Positions 11,401 to 23,400 of a stretch of DNA of 64,000 bases are shown here, piece by piece. A model generated the notes under the pieces. It saw only the letters and a program-made list of their open reading frames with translations. It searched no databases and had not been told where the DNA came from. The stretch comes from Mustelus asterias (Eukaryota): NCBI RefSeq assembly GCF_964213995.1, contig NC_135820.1, positions 868,001 to 932,000 of the forward strand, read 5' to 3'. Each line of letters begins with the position of its first letter. Position 1 is the first letter of the stretch. The position numbers and the translations under genes were made by a program.

Positions 11401-14400
11401 GATTAGACTGGGTGGGATATTAAAGGGTGCGGGGAGTGAGGTGGAGAGTGGGGTTAGTGTGGGTGGGATATTAAATATCTCATTCCGTTGCTCGATGTTG
11501 ATTTAGAATGCACCTTGTGATGTTTGAAGTGACGAGAATGCTATATAATGCACTTTCTTCCTGTTCTAGATGTGGTTTGTCGGGCATGGAGTGTGACGGC
11601 CCCAGAGTCTGTAACTGGAGCTGAGGATTTGTGTCTGGTGATTCCTTGCACATTCCAGCATCCCCTCATGGACAAAGAGACCCTTGAGAAGGTCATGTGG
11701 TTACACGAGGACAAGGTCGATGGAGAACAAGTGATCTCTTCCGATGGTACCTCACACTCTCGCTTCCAGGGTCGCACAGAGTTCATTGGCAACTGGCGAC
11801 AAAAGAAAGATTGTAGCTTGAAAATAAAGAATTTACAGCAAGGGGATGAAGGAATATATCACTTCAGAATGAAATTCAGCAATGGAGTTAACTTCTCAGA
11901 CCCACAGGGAGTCTCGCTAAAACTAACCGGTAAGTTTAAACATCTTCCCAATCAGCTTTGCTCAATGTAACAGAAGACAAGTTCGAGGGGCTGAATGGCC
12001 TCCTCCTGTTCCTGTGTAACAGGCTCGAGGGGCTGAATGGGGCCTCCTCCTGTTCCTGTGTAACAGGCTCGAGGGGCTGAATGGGGCCTCCTCCTGTTCC
12101 TGTGTAACAGGCTCGAGGGGCTGAATGGGGCCTCCTCCTGTTCCTGTGTAACAGGCTCGAGGGGCTGAATGGGGCCTCCTCCTGTTCCTGTGTAACAGGC
12201 TCGAGGGGCTGAATGGGGCCTCCTCCTGTTCCTGTGTAACAGGCTCGAGGGGCTGAATGGGGCCTCCTCCTGTTCCTGTGTAACAGGCTCGAGGGGCTGA
12301 ATGGGGCCTCCTCCTAGTCCCGAAAGTGCTACACCCAGAACTGGGAGATAACTGTGCAAGATGTAAGAATAAGTGCGAGCTGGCCCAGAGGGCCACGGGA
12401 GGAGGTCTTCACATACAAATTAAAATTGGGCAAAAAGGGTTGAAGATGAAGGTGAAAGGTCACAGTGTAAAGTTGTGCCGTGTCGCACTGACTGCGTTTG
12501 CAAGGGAAGGTTCTGTGGGAAGAGTGTTGGGTGTGATGGACAACTGGACCAGGGTCTCCCTGAGGGAGCTGACAACAGCCAGTCCAAGGGGGGACGGTGT
12601 GGGGTAAGAGTGGCGGCATGACAGCGTCTGGAGGATCAGCCATGGTCTGGTTGAATGGCGGAACAGGCTCAAAGGGTGAAATGACCAACTCCTGCTCCTG
12701 TTTTCTATGTTTCCATGTGTACAGTTCCAGTCTCCATATCCCTCGGTTAGACCCACACCCGGAGCACTGTGCACAGTTCCAGTCTCCATATCCCTCGGTT
12801 AGACCCACACCCGGAGCACTGTGCACAGTTCCAGTCTCCATATCCCTCGGTTAGACCCACACCCGGAGCACTGTGCACAGTTCCAGTCTCCATATCCCTC
12901 GGTTAGACCCACACTGGGAGCACTGTGTACAGTTCCAGTCTCCATATCCCTCGGTTAGACCCACACTCGGAGCACTGTGCACAGTTCCAGTCTCCATATC
13001 CCTCGGTTAGACCCACACTCGGAGCACTGTGCACAGTTCCAGTCTCCATATCCCTCGGTTAGACCCACACTCGGAGCACTGTGCACAGTTCCATTCTCCA
13101 TATCCCTCGGTTAGACCCACACTCGGAGCACTGTGCACAGTTCCGGTCTCCATATCCCTTGGTTAGACCCACACTCGGAGCACTGTGCACAGTTCCAGTC
13201 TCCATATTCCTCGGTTAGACCCACACTCGGAGCACTGTGCACAGTTCCAGTCTCCATATTCCTCGGTTAGACCCACACTCGGAGCACTGTGCACAGTTCC
13301 AGTCTCCATATTCCTCGGTTAGACCCACACTGGGAGCACTGTGCACAGTTCCAGTCTCCATATCCCTCGGTTAGACCACACCCGGAGCACTGTGCACAGT
13401 TCCAGTCTCCCTATCCCTCGGTTAGACCACACTTGGAGCACTGTGCACAGTTCCAGTCTCCATATCCCTCGGTTAGACCACACCCGGAGCACTGTGCACA
13501 GTTCCAGTCTCCATATCCCTCGGTTAGACCCACACTCGGAGCACTGTGCACAGTTCCAGTCTCCATATCCCTCGGTTAGACCACACCCGGAGCACTGTGC
13601 ACAGTTCCCGTCTCCATATCCCTCGGTTAGACCCACACCCGGAGCACTGTGCACAGTTCCCGTCTCCATATCCCTCGGTTAGACCCACACTCGGAGCACT
13701 GTGCACAGTTCCAGTCTCCATATCCCTCGGTTAGACCCACACTCGGAGCACTGTGCACAGTTCCAGTCTCCATATCCCTCGGTTAGACCACACTCGGAGC
13801 ACTGTGCACAGTTCCAGTCTCCATATCCCTCGGTTAGACCCACACTGGGAGCACTGTGCACAGTTCCAGTCTCCATATCCCTCGGTTAGACCCACACTCG
13901 GAGCACTGTGCACAGTTCCAGTCTCCATATCCCTCGGTTAGACCACACTCGGAGCACTGTGCACAGTTCCAGTCTCCATATCCCTCGGTTAGACCACACT
14001 CGGAGCACTGTGCACAGTTCCGGTCTCCATATCCCTCGGTTACACCACACTCGGAGCACTGTGCACAGTTCCAGTCTCCATATCCCTCGGTTAGACCACA
14101 CTCGGGGCACTGTGCACAGTTCTGGTCTCCCTATCCCTCGGTTAGACCACACTCGGAGCACTGTGCACAGTTCCGGTCTCCATATCCCTCGGTTAGACCC
14201 ACACTCGGAGCACTGTGCACAATTCCAGTCTCCATATCCCTCGGTTAGACCCACACTCGGAGCACTGTGCACAGTTCCGGTCTCCATATCCCTCGGTTAC
14301 ACCACACTCGGAGCACTGTGCACAGTTCCAGTCTCCATATCCCTCGGTTAGACCCACACTCGGAGCACTGTGCACAGTTCCGGTCTCCATATCCCTCGGT

Positions 14401-17400
14401 TAGACCACACTCGGAGCACTGTGCACAGTTCCTGTCTCCATATCCCTCGGTTAGACCAGACTTGGAGCACTGTGCACAGTTCCAGTCTCCATATCCCTCG
14501 GTTAGACCCACACGCGGAGCACTGTGCGCAGTTCCAGTCTCCATATCCCTCGGTTAGACCCACACTCGGAGCACTGTGCACAGTTCCAGTCTCCATATCC
14601 CTCGGTTAGACCCACACTGGGAGCACTGTGCACAGTTCCGGTCTCCATATCCCTCGGTTAGACCACACTCGGAGCACTGTGCACAGTTCCAGTCTCCATA
14701 TCCCTCGGTTAGACGAGACTTGGAGCACTGTGCACAGTTCCGGTCTCCATATCCCTCGGTTAGACCACACTCGGAGCACTGTGCACTGTTCCTGTCTCCA
14801 TATCCCTCGGTTAGACCACACTCGGAGCACTGTGCACAGTTCCTGTCTCCATATCCCTCGGTTAGACCACACTCGGAGCACTGTGCACAGTTCCAGTCTC
14901 CATATCCCTCGGTTAGACCACACTCGGAGCACTGTGCACAGTTCCGGTCTCCATATCCCTCGGTTACACCACACTCGGAGCACTGTGCACAGTTCCAGTC
15001 TCCATATCCCTCGGTTAGACCACACTCGGGGCACTGTGCACAGTTCTGGTCTCCCTATCCCTCGGTTAGACCACACTCGGAGCACTGTGCACAGTTCCGG
15101 TCTCCATATCCCTCGGTTAGACCCACACTCGGAGCACTGTGCACAGTTCCAGTCTCCATATCCCTCGGTTAGACCCACACTCGGAGCACTGTGCACAGTT
15201 CCGGTCTCCATATCCCTCGGTTACACCACACTCGGAGCACTGTGCACAGTTCCAGTCTCCATATCCCTCGGTTAGACCCACACTCGGAGCACTGTGCACA
15301 GTTCCGGTCTCCATATCCCTCGGTTAGACCACACTCGGAGCACTGTGCACAGTTCCTGTCTCCATATCCCTCGGTTAGACCAGACTTGGAGCACTGTGCA
15401 CAGTTCCAGTCTCCATATCCCTCGGTTAGACCCACACGCGGAGCACTGTGCGCAGTTCCAGTCTCCATATCCCTCGGTTAGACCCACACTCGGAGCACTG
15501 TGCACAGTTCCAGTCTCCATATCCCTCGGTTAGACCCACACTGGGAGCACTGTGCACAGTTCCGGTCTCCATATCCCTCGGTTAGACCACACTCGGAGCA
15601 CTGTGCACAGTTCCAGTCTCCATATCCCTCGGTTAGACGAGACTTGGAGCACTGTGCACAGTTCCGGTCTCCATATCCCTCGGTTAGACCACACTCGGAG
15701 CACTGTGCACTGTTCCTGTCTCCATATCCCTCGGTTAGACCACACGCGGAGCACTGTGCACTGTTCCTGTCTCCATATCCCTCGGTTAGACCACACTCGG
15801 AGCACTGTGCACTGTTCCTGTCTCCATATCCCTCAGTTAGACCACACTCGGAGCACTGTGCACTGTTCCTGTCTCCATTTAGACCTAATATAATTTGGTA
15901 CCTTGTGCTCCTGTCACCCAGGAGGTATCCGGATGATTTATTTATTCTTTGAAAGCTGTCTGTTAATCAATTAACCCTGTGTCTATCTTCTCTCTTTCTC
16001 TAAAGATGTGTCTGGTTTGACAACCATTTTGCCACGGGGAGAGATGATGGAGAATACAGAGGTGAACATTCTTTGCTCAGTGAAGTATCTGTGCCCCGGT
16101 TTTCTCAGATGGGTCGGTATCAGCGGCTTAAACAGATCCTCATCAAGACAAATCGATGGTACTCTCCAAAACGGATGGGATACTGGCGTTGAACTGAGTT
16201 TCGTCACTTCATACAGGGATAATGCGAGGACACTGACATGTGAGATACAAACAGCATTTCGAGAAATTCACGCTGGAAACATCACCTTAAACGTGCAGTG
16301 TAAGTAATGAGCTCATGGAGAGGTTCTACTGTCTGGAGAAGGTCAGAGTTCACCTTGGCTCAATCACAGACTTCTAGAACAGGCGGAGCCCATTCAGCAC
16401 ATCGGGTCCATGCTATCCCTCTATAGAGCAATCCAGTCAATCCCATAGGCCCGCTCTATCCCTGCAAATCTATTTCTTGCCATTCTCCAAGAATCAGAGA
16501 ATCCCCTCAGTGCAGAAGGAGGCCATTCGGCCCATCGAGTCTGCACCGACTCTCCAAAAGAACACCCCATCCAGGCCCTCTCCTCATCTCCCCACAGATT
16601 CACCCCACAAATTTCCCTAAACTACACATCTTTGGAAACTAAGGGGCAATTTAGCACGGCCAATCCACCTAACCTGCACGTCTTTGGACACTAAGGGAAA
16701 ATTTACCATGGCCAATCCACCTAACCTGCACGTCTTTGGACACTAAGGGAAAATTTACCATGGCCAATCCACTTAACCGACACATGTTTTGACACTAAGG
16801 GGCAATTTAGCATGACCAATCCCCCGAATTTGCACATCTTTGGACACTAAGGGGCAATTTAGCACGGCCAATCTGTCTAACCTGCACATCTTTGGACACT
16901 AAGTGACAATTTACCATGGCCAATCCACCTAACCCACACCTTTGGACACTAAGGGGCAATTTAGCATGGCCAATCCCCCTAACCTACACATCTTTGGACA
17001 CTAAGGGGCAATTTAGCATAGCCAATCCACCTAACCTACACATCTTTGGACACTAAGGGGCAATTTAGCATGGCCAATCCACCTAAACCACACAGCTTTA
17101 TAGTGTGGGAGGAAAGCGGAGCACCCAGAGGAAACCCACGCAGAAACTGAGAGAATATGCAAGCCTCACAAGGACAGTCACCCAAGGCCAGAATGGAACC
17201 GGGTCCCTGGTGCCATGGTGCGGCAGTGCTAACCACTGTGCCACTGGAATGGAACCGGGTCCCTGGTGCCATGGTGCGGCAGTGCTAACCACTGTGCCAC
17301 TGGAACGCCTCAATCCAATTTCCACACGACTCGAGCCCTAGATGAAATTCCATGATCCACAATGATCTTCTGTGTAACAGGCTCAAGAGAGGCTGAATGG

Positions 17401-20400
17401 GGCCTCCTGCTGTTCCTGTGTAACAGGCTCGAGGGGCTGAATGGCCTCCTCCTGTTCCTGTGTAACAGGCTCGAGGGGCTGAGTGGAGCCTCCTCCTGTT
17501 CCTGTATAACAGGTTCGAGGGGCTGAATGGCCTCCTCCTGTTCCTGTGTAACAGGCTCGAGGGGCTGAATGGGGCCTCCTCCTGTTCCTGTGTAACAGGC
17601 TCGAGGGGCTGAATGGGGCCTCCTCCTGTTCCTGTGTAACAGGCTCGAGGGGCTGAATGGGGCCTCCTCCTGTTCCTGTGTAACAGGCTCGAGGGGCTGA
17701 ATGGGGCCTCCTCCTGTTCCTGTGTAACAGGCTCGAGGGGCTGAATGGGGCCTCCTCCTGTTCCTGTGTAACAGGCTCGAGGGGCTGAATGGGGCCTCCT
17801 CCTGTTCCTGTGTAACAGGCTCGAGGGGCTGAATGGCCTCCTCCTGTTCCTGTGTAACAGGCTCGAGGGGATGAATGGGGCCTCCTCCTGTTCATGTGTA
17901 ACAGGCTCGAGGGGGTGGAATGGGTCCTGTCCTTTACAGAGACGTATCCTGTGGTCATTTCTTGCCTTTGATGGGCTTTGGGACACCTGTATTGACTGTG
18001 ATTCCCGCTGGTATTAATGTGTCTCTTTAACTCTGTTCTCTTTCTGATCAGATGCTCCGAAGCTGGTTTACATTGATTCATCTGACTATACACAAAGCTA
18101 TGAAGGTGGCGGAGTGACTTTAACATGTATGATTTCAAACAGTAATCCTCCAGTAACACGTTACAGATGGAGGGGAGAGTCTGGTGTTCGCCTCTATGGA
18201 ATTACATATCAGAAAACATTCTCGACATCTGCAGTTCGTCAGTCTTTTCAATGTGAAGCAACTAACTCAGTGGGAACAACTGTGTCGGATTACGTCAGTC
18301 TGGTAAAGTTGAGTAGGTATCGAAATCTCCCATCACCCACCCTCAGGAAGTGTCAGCTCCGACAACCCTCCTTATCGCAGTAACCTCCTCCAGCCCCTAC
18401 ACTCCTCCCTATCGCAGTAACCTCCTCCAGCCCCTACACTCCTTCCTATCGCAGTAACCTCCTCCAGCCCCTACACTCCTCCCTATCGCAGTAACCTCCT
18501 CCAGCCCCTACACTCCTTCCTATCGCAGTAACCTCCTCCAGCCCCTACACTCCTCCCTATCGCAGTAACCTCCTCCAGCCCCTTCAACCCTCCCTATCGC
18601 AGTAACCTCCTCCATCCCCGACACCACCTTCCTATCTCTGTAACCTCCTCCAGCCTCTACACCTCTCCTTAGCTCTGTAACTACCTCCAACACCTACACC
18701 CCTCCCTATCTCTGCAACCTCCTCCAGCCCCTACACCCCTCCCTATCTCTGTAACCTCCTCCAGCCCCTACAGCCCTCCCTATCTCTGTAACTGCCTCCA
18801 ACACCTACAACCCTCCCTATCTCTGCAACCTCCTCCAGTCCCTACACCCCTCTCTAACTCTGTAACCTCCTCCAGCCCCTACACCCCCTCCCTATCTCTG
18901 TAACCTCCTCCAGCCCCTACACCCCTCCCTATCTCTGTAACCTCCACTGCCCATACAATCCCTCCAGAATGTGGGACTCGCTCCACACCCCCCCCCCCCC
19001 GCCACCCCCCCTCCCCCCCCCCACCCTCGACCCCGGGGAGTGGGGAGAATGTGGGACTCGCACCTCCCTCGGGGAGTGGAGAGAATGTGTGTCTGGCTCC
19101 CACTGGGAGTGGGGGAGAATGTGGGACTCGCTCCCACTGGGAGTGGGGGAGAATGTGGGACTGGCTCCCACTGGGAGTGGGGGAGAATGTGGGACTGGCT
19201 CCCACGGGGAGTGGTTGACGTGAATGGTATCGATGTGTTTAAGAGGGGAAGCTGGATAAACACATGAGGGTTTGATTTGATTTGATTTATTATTGTCACA
19301 TGTATTGGGATACAGTGAAAAGTTTTGTTTCTTGCGCGCTTTACAGACAGCATACTGTTCATAGAGAAGGAAAGAAGAGAGTGCAGAATGTAGTGTTACA
19401 GTCATAGCTAGGGTGTAGAGAAAGATCAACTTAATGCGAGGTAGGTCCACTCAAAAGTCTGACGGCAGCAGCAGGGAAGAAGCTGTTCTTGAGTCGGTTG
19501 GTACGTGATCTCAGACTTTTGTATCTTTTTCCCGACGGAAGAAGGTGGAAGAGAGAATGTCCGGGGTGCGTGGGGTCCTTAATTATGCCGGCTGCTTTTC
19601 CCGAGGCAGCGGGAAGTGTAGACAGAGTCAATGGATGGGAGAAAGGATTAGAAAGATATAGTGATGGCGGGGAGGTGAAGGAGATGTAGTGGTGGGGAGC
19701 GGCTTGTTTGGACCAGGAACATGGAGCAGAGGGGCTGAAAGGCCTGTTCCTGCATTGCAAATATAGAATATAGAACATAGAACAGTACAGCACAGAACAG
19801 GCCCTTCGGCCCACGATGTTGTGCCGAGCTTTGTCTGAAACCAAGATCAAGCTATCCCACTCCCTATCATCCTGGTGTGCTCCATGTGCCTATCCAATAA
19901 CCGCTTAAATGTTCCTAAAGTTTCTGGCTCCACTATCACTGCAGGCAGTCCATTCCACACCCCAACCACTCTCTGAATAAAAAACCTACCTCGGATATCC
20001 TTCCTATATCTCCCACCACGAACCCTATAGTTATGCCCCCTTGTAATAGCTCCATCCACCCGAGGAAATAGTCTTTGAACGTTCACTCTATCTATCCCCC
20101 CCATCATCTTATAAACCTCTATCAAGTCTCCTCTCAACCTCCTCCGCTCCAAAGAGAAAAGCCCAAGTTCCCTCAACCTTTCCTCATAAGACCTACCCTC
20201 CAAACCAGGCAGCATCCTGGTAAATCTCCTTTGCACTCTTTCCAGTGTCTCCACATCCTTCTTATAGTGAGGTGACCAGAACTGCACACAATATTCCAAA
20301 TGTGGTCTCACCAAGGTCCTGCACAGTTGCAGCATAACCCCACGGCTCTTAAACTCAAACCCCCTGTTAATGAACGCCAACACACTATAGACCTTCTTCA

Positions 20401-23400
20401 CGGCTCTATCCACTTGAGTGGCAACCTTCAGAGATCTATGGATATGAACCCCAAGATCTCTCTGTTCCTCCACATTCTTCAGAACCCTACCTTTGACCCT
20501 GTAATCCACACTTAAATTTGTCCTACCAAAATGAATCACCTCGCATTTGTCAGGGTTAAACTCCATTTGCCATTTTTCAGCCCAGCTCTGCATCCTATCT
20601 ATATCTCTTTGCAGCCTACAACAGCCCTCCACCTCATCCACTATTCCACCAATCTTGGTGTCATCAGCAAATTTACTGATCCACCCTTCAGCCCCCTCCT
20701 CCAAGTCATTTATAAAAATGACAAATAGCAGAGGACCAAGCACTGATCCCTGTGGCACTCCACTGGTAACTGGTTTCCAGTCCGAAAATTTTCCATCCAC
20801 CACCACCCTCTGTCTTCTGTTAGATAGCCAGTTACCTATCCAATCGGCCAAACTTCCCTCTATCCCACACATCCTTACTTTCTTCATAAGCCAACCGTGG
20901 GGGACTTTATCAAACGCCTCACTAAAATCCATGTATATGACATCAACTGCACTACCTTCATCTACACACTTAATTACCTCCTCAAAAAATTCTATCAAAT
21001 TTGTGAGGCAAGACTTGCCCTTCACAAATCCGTGCTGACTATCCCGGATTAAGCTGCATCTTTCTAAATGGTCGTAAATCCTATCCCTGAGGACCTTTTC
21101 CATCAACTTACCGACCACCGAAGTAAGACTAACCGGCCTATAATTACCAGGGTCATTTCTATTCCCTTTCTTAAACAGAGGAACAACATTCGCCATTCTC
21201 CAGTCCTCTGGCACCACCCCCGTGGACAGTGAGGACGCAAAGATCAATGCCAAGGGCTCTGCTATCTCATCCCTTGCCTCCCAAAGACTCCTAGGATATA
21301 TTTCATCAGGCCCAGGGGACTTATCAACTTTCAGTTTATTCAAAATTGCCAATACATCTTCCCTCCGAACATCTACTTCCTCCAGCCTATCAGCCTGTGA
21401 CATCCTCTCTTCCTCAAAAACATGGCCCCTCTCCTTGGTGAACACCGAAGAAAAGTATTCATTCATCGCCTCTCCTATCTCTTCTGACTCCATGCACAAA
21501 TTCCCACTGCCGTCCTTGACCGGCCCCAACCTCACCCTGGTCATTCTTTTATTCCTCACATAAGAGTAAAAAGCCTTGGGGTTTTCCTTGATCCGACCCG
21601 CCAAGGACTTCTCATGTCCCCTCCTAGCTCTCCAAACCCCTTTTTCAGCTCATTTCTTGCTAACTTGTAACCCTCCATCGGGCCAACTGAACCTTGTTTT
21701 CTCAACCTTACATATGCTTCCTTTTTCCTCTTGACAAGACATTCCACCTCTTCTGTGAACCATGGTTCCCTCACTCGGCCATTTCCTCTCTGCCTGACAG
21801 GGACATACCTATCAAGGACACGCAGTATTTGTTCCTTGAAAAAGTTCCACTTTTCATTAGTGCCTTTCCCTGACAATTTTTGTTCCCATCCTATGCTTCC
21901 TAATTCCTGCCTGATTGCATCATAATTACCTCTCCCCCAATTGTAAACCTTGCCCTGCCGTACGGCCCTCTCCCTCTCCATTGCAATAACAAAAGACACC
22001 GAATTGTGGTCACTATCTCCAAAGTGCTCTCCCACAACCAAATCCAACACTTGGCCCGGTTCATTTCCCAGTACCAAATCCAATGTGGCCTCACCTCTTG
22101 TCGGCCTATCCACATATTGTGTCAGGAAACCCTCCTGCACACACTGCACAAAAACTGCCCCATCCAAACTATTCGACCTATAAAGGCTCCAATCAATATT
22201 TGGAAAGTTAAAGTCCCCCATGACAACTACCCTGTGACCTCCACACATATCCATAATCTGCTTAGCAATTTCTTGCTCCACATCTCTGTTACTATTTGGG
22301 GGCCTATAGTAAACTCCTAACAACGTGGCCGCTCCTTTCCCATTCCTAACCTCAGCCCATATTACCTCAGTGTGCAGATCCCCCTCGAAGTGCCTTTCCG
22401 CAGCCGTTAAACTATCCTTGATTAACAATGCCACTCCTCCACCTCTTTTACCAGCTTCCCTACACTTACTGAAACATCTATACCCCGGAACTTCCAACAA
22501 CCATTCCTGTCCTTGTTCTACCCATGTCTCCGTAATGGCCACAACATCGTAGTCCCAAGTGCCAATCCACGCCCCAAGTTCACCTACCTTATTTCGGATG
22601 CTCCTTGCATTGAAGTAGACACACTTCAACCCACCTTCTTGTCTGCTGGTACCCACCTTTGACCGTGATACCCTTCCCAGTACCTCACTACACTCACTGA
22701 CCTCCGTACTACAGCTCCTTTTCCCATCCCCCTGACAAATTAGTTTAAACCCCCCCAAAGAGCCGTAGCAAATTTCCCTCCCAGGATATTGGTCCCCCTC
22801 TGGTTCAGGTGCACCCCGTCCTGTTGGTACAGGTCCCACCTTCCCCAGAATGTGTTCCAATTATCCACATAGCTGAAACCCTCCCTCCTACACCATCCCT
22901 GCATCCATGTGTTTAACTGCACTCTCTCCCTGTTCCTCAACTCGCTATCCCGTGGCACCGGCAACATACCAGAGATGACAACCTGTTTTGTCCTGGCTCT
23001 CAGCTTCCACCCTAGCTCCCTGAATTCCTGTTTTAAATCCCCGTCCCCTCTCTTACCGATGTCTTTGGTGCCGACGTGTACCACGACTTGTGACTGTTCC
23101 CCCTCCCCCTTTAGAATCCTGAAGACACGGTCGGAGATGTCACGGACCCTGGCATCCAGGAGGCAACATACCATCCGTGAGTCTCTCTTGTTGCCACAGA
23201 ACCTCCTATCTATCCCTCTAACAAATGAGTCCCCAATAACTATAGCCCTCCCGCTCTCCCCCTTTCCCTTCTGAGCCACAGGGACGGACTCAGCGCTGGC
23301 GATCTGGACACTGCGGCTTACCACTGGTAGGTCGCGCCCCTCACCTGTATCCAAAGTGGAATACTTGTTGCTAAGGGGAACGACCACAGGGGATCCCCGC

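Noticed and set aside
12715-15885. CRISPR-like regular repeats
   Set aside because: Head-to-tail monomers without unique spacers, no cas genes, vertebrate context.
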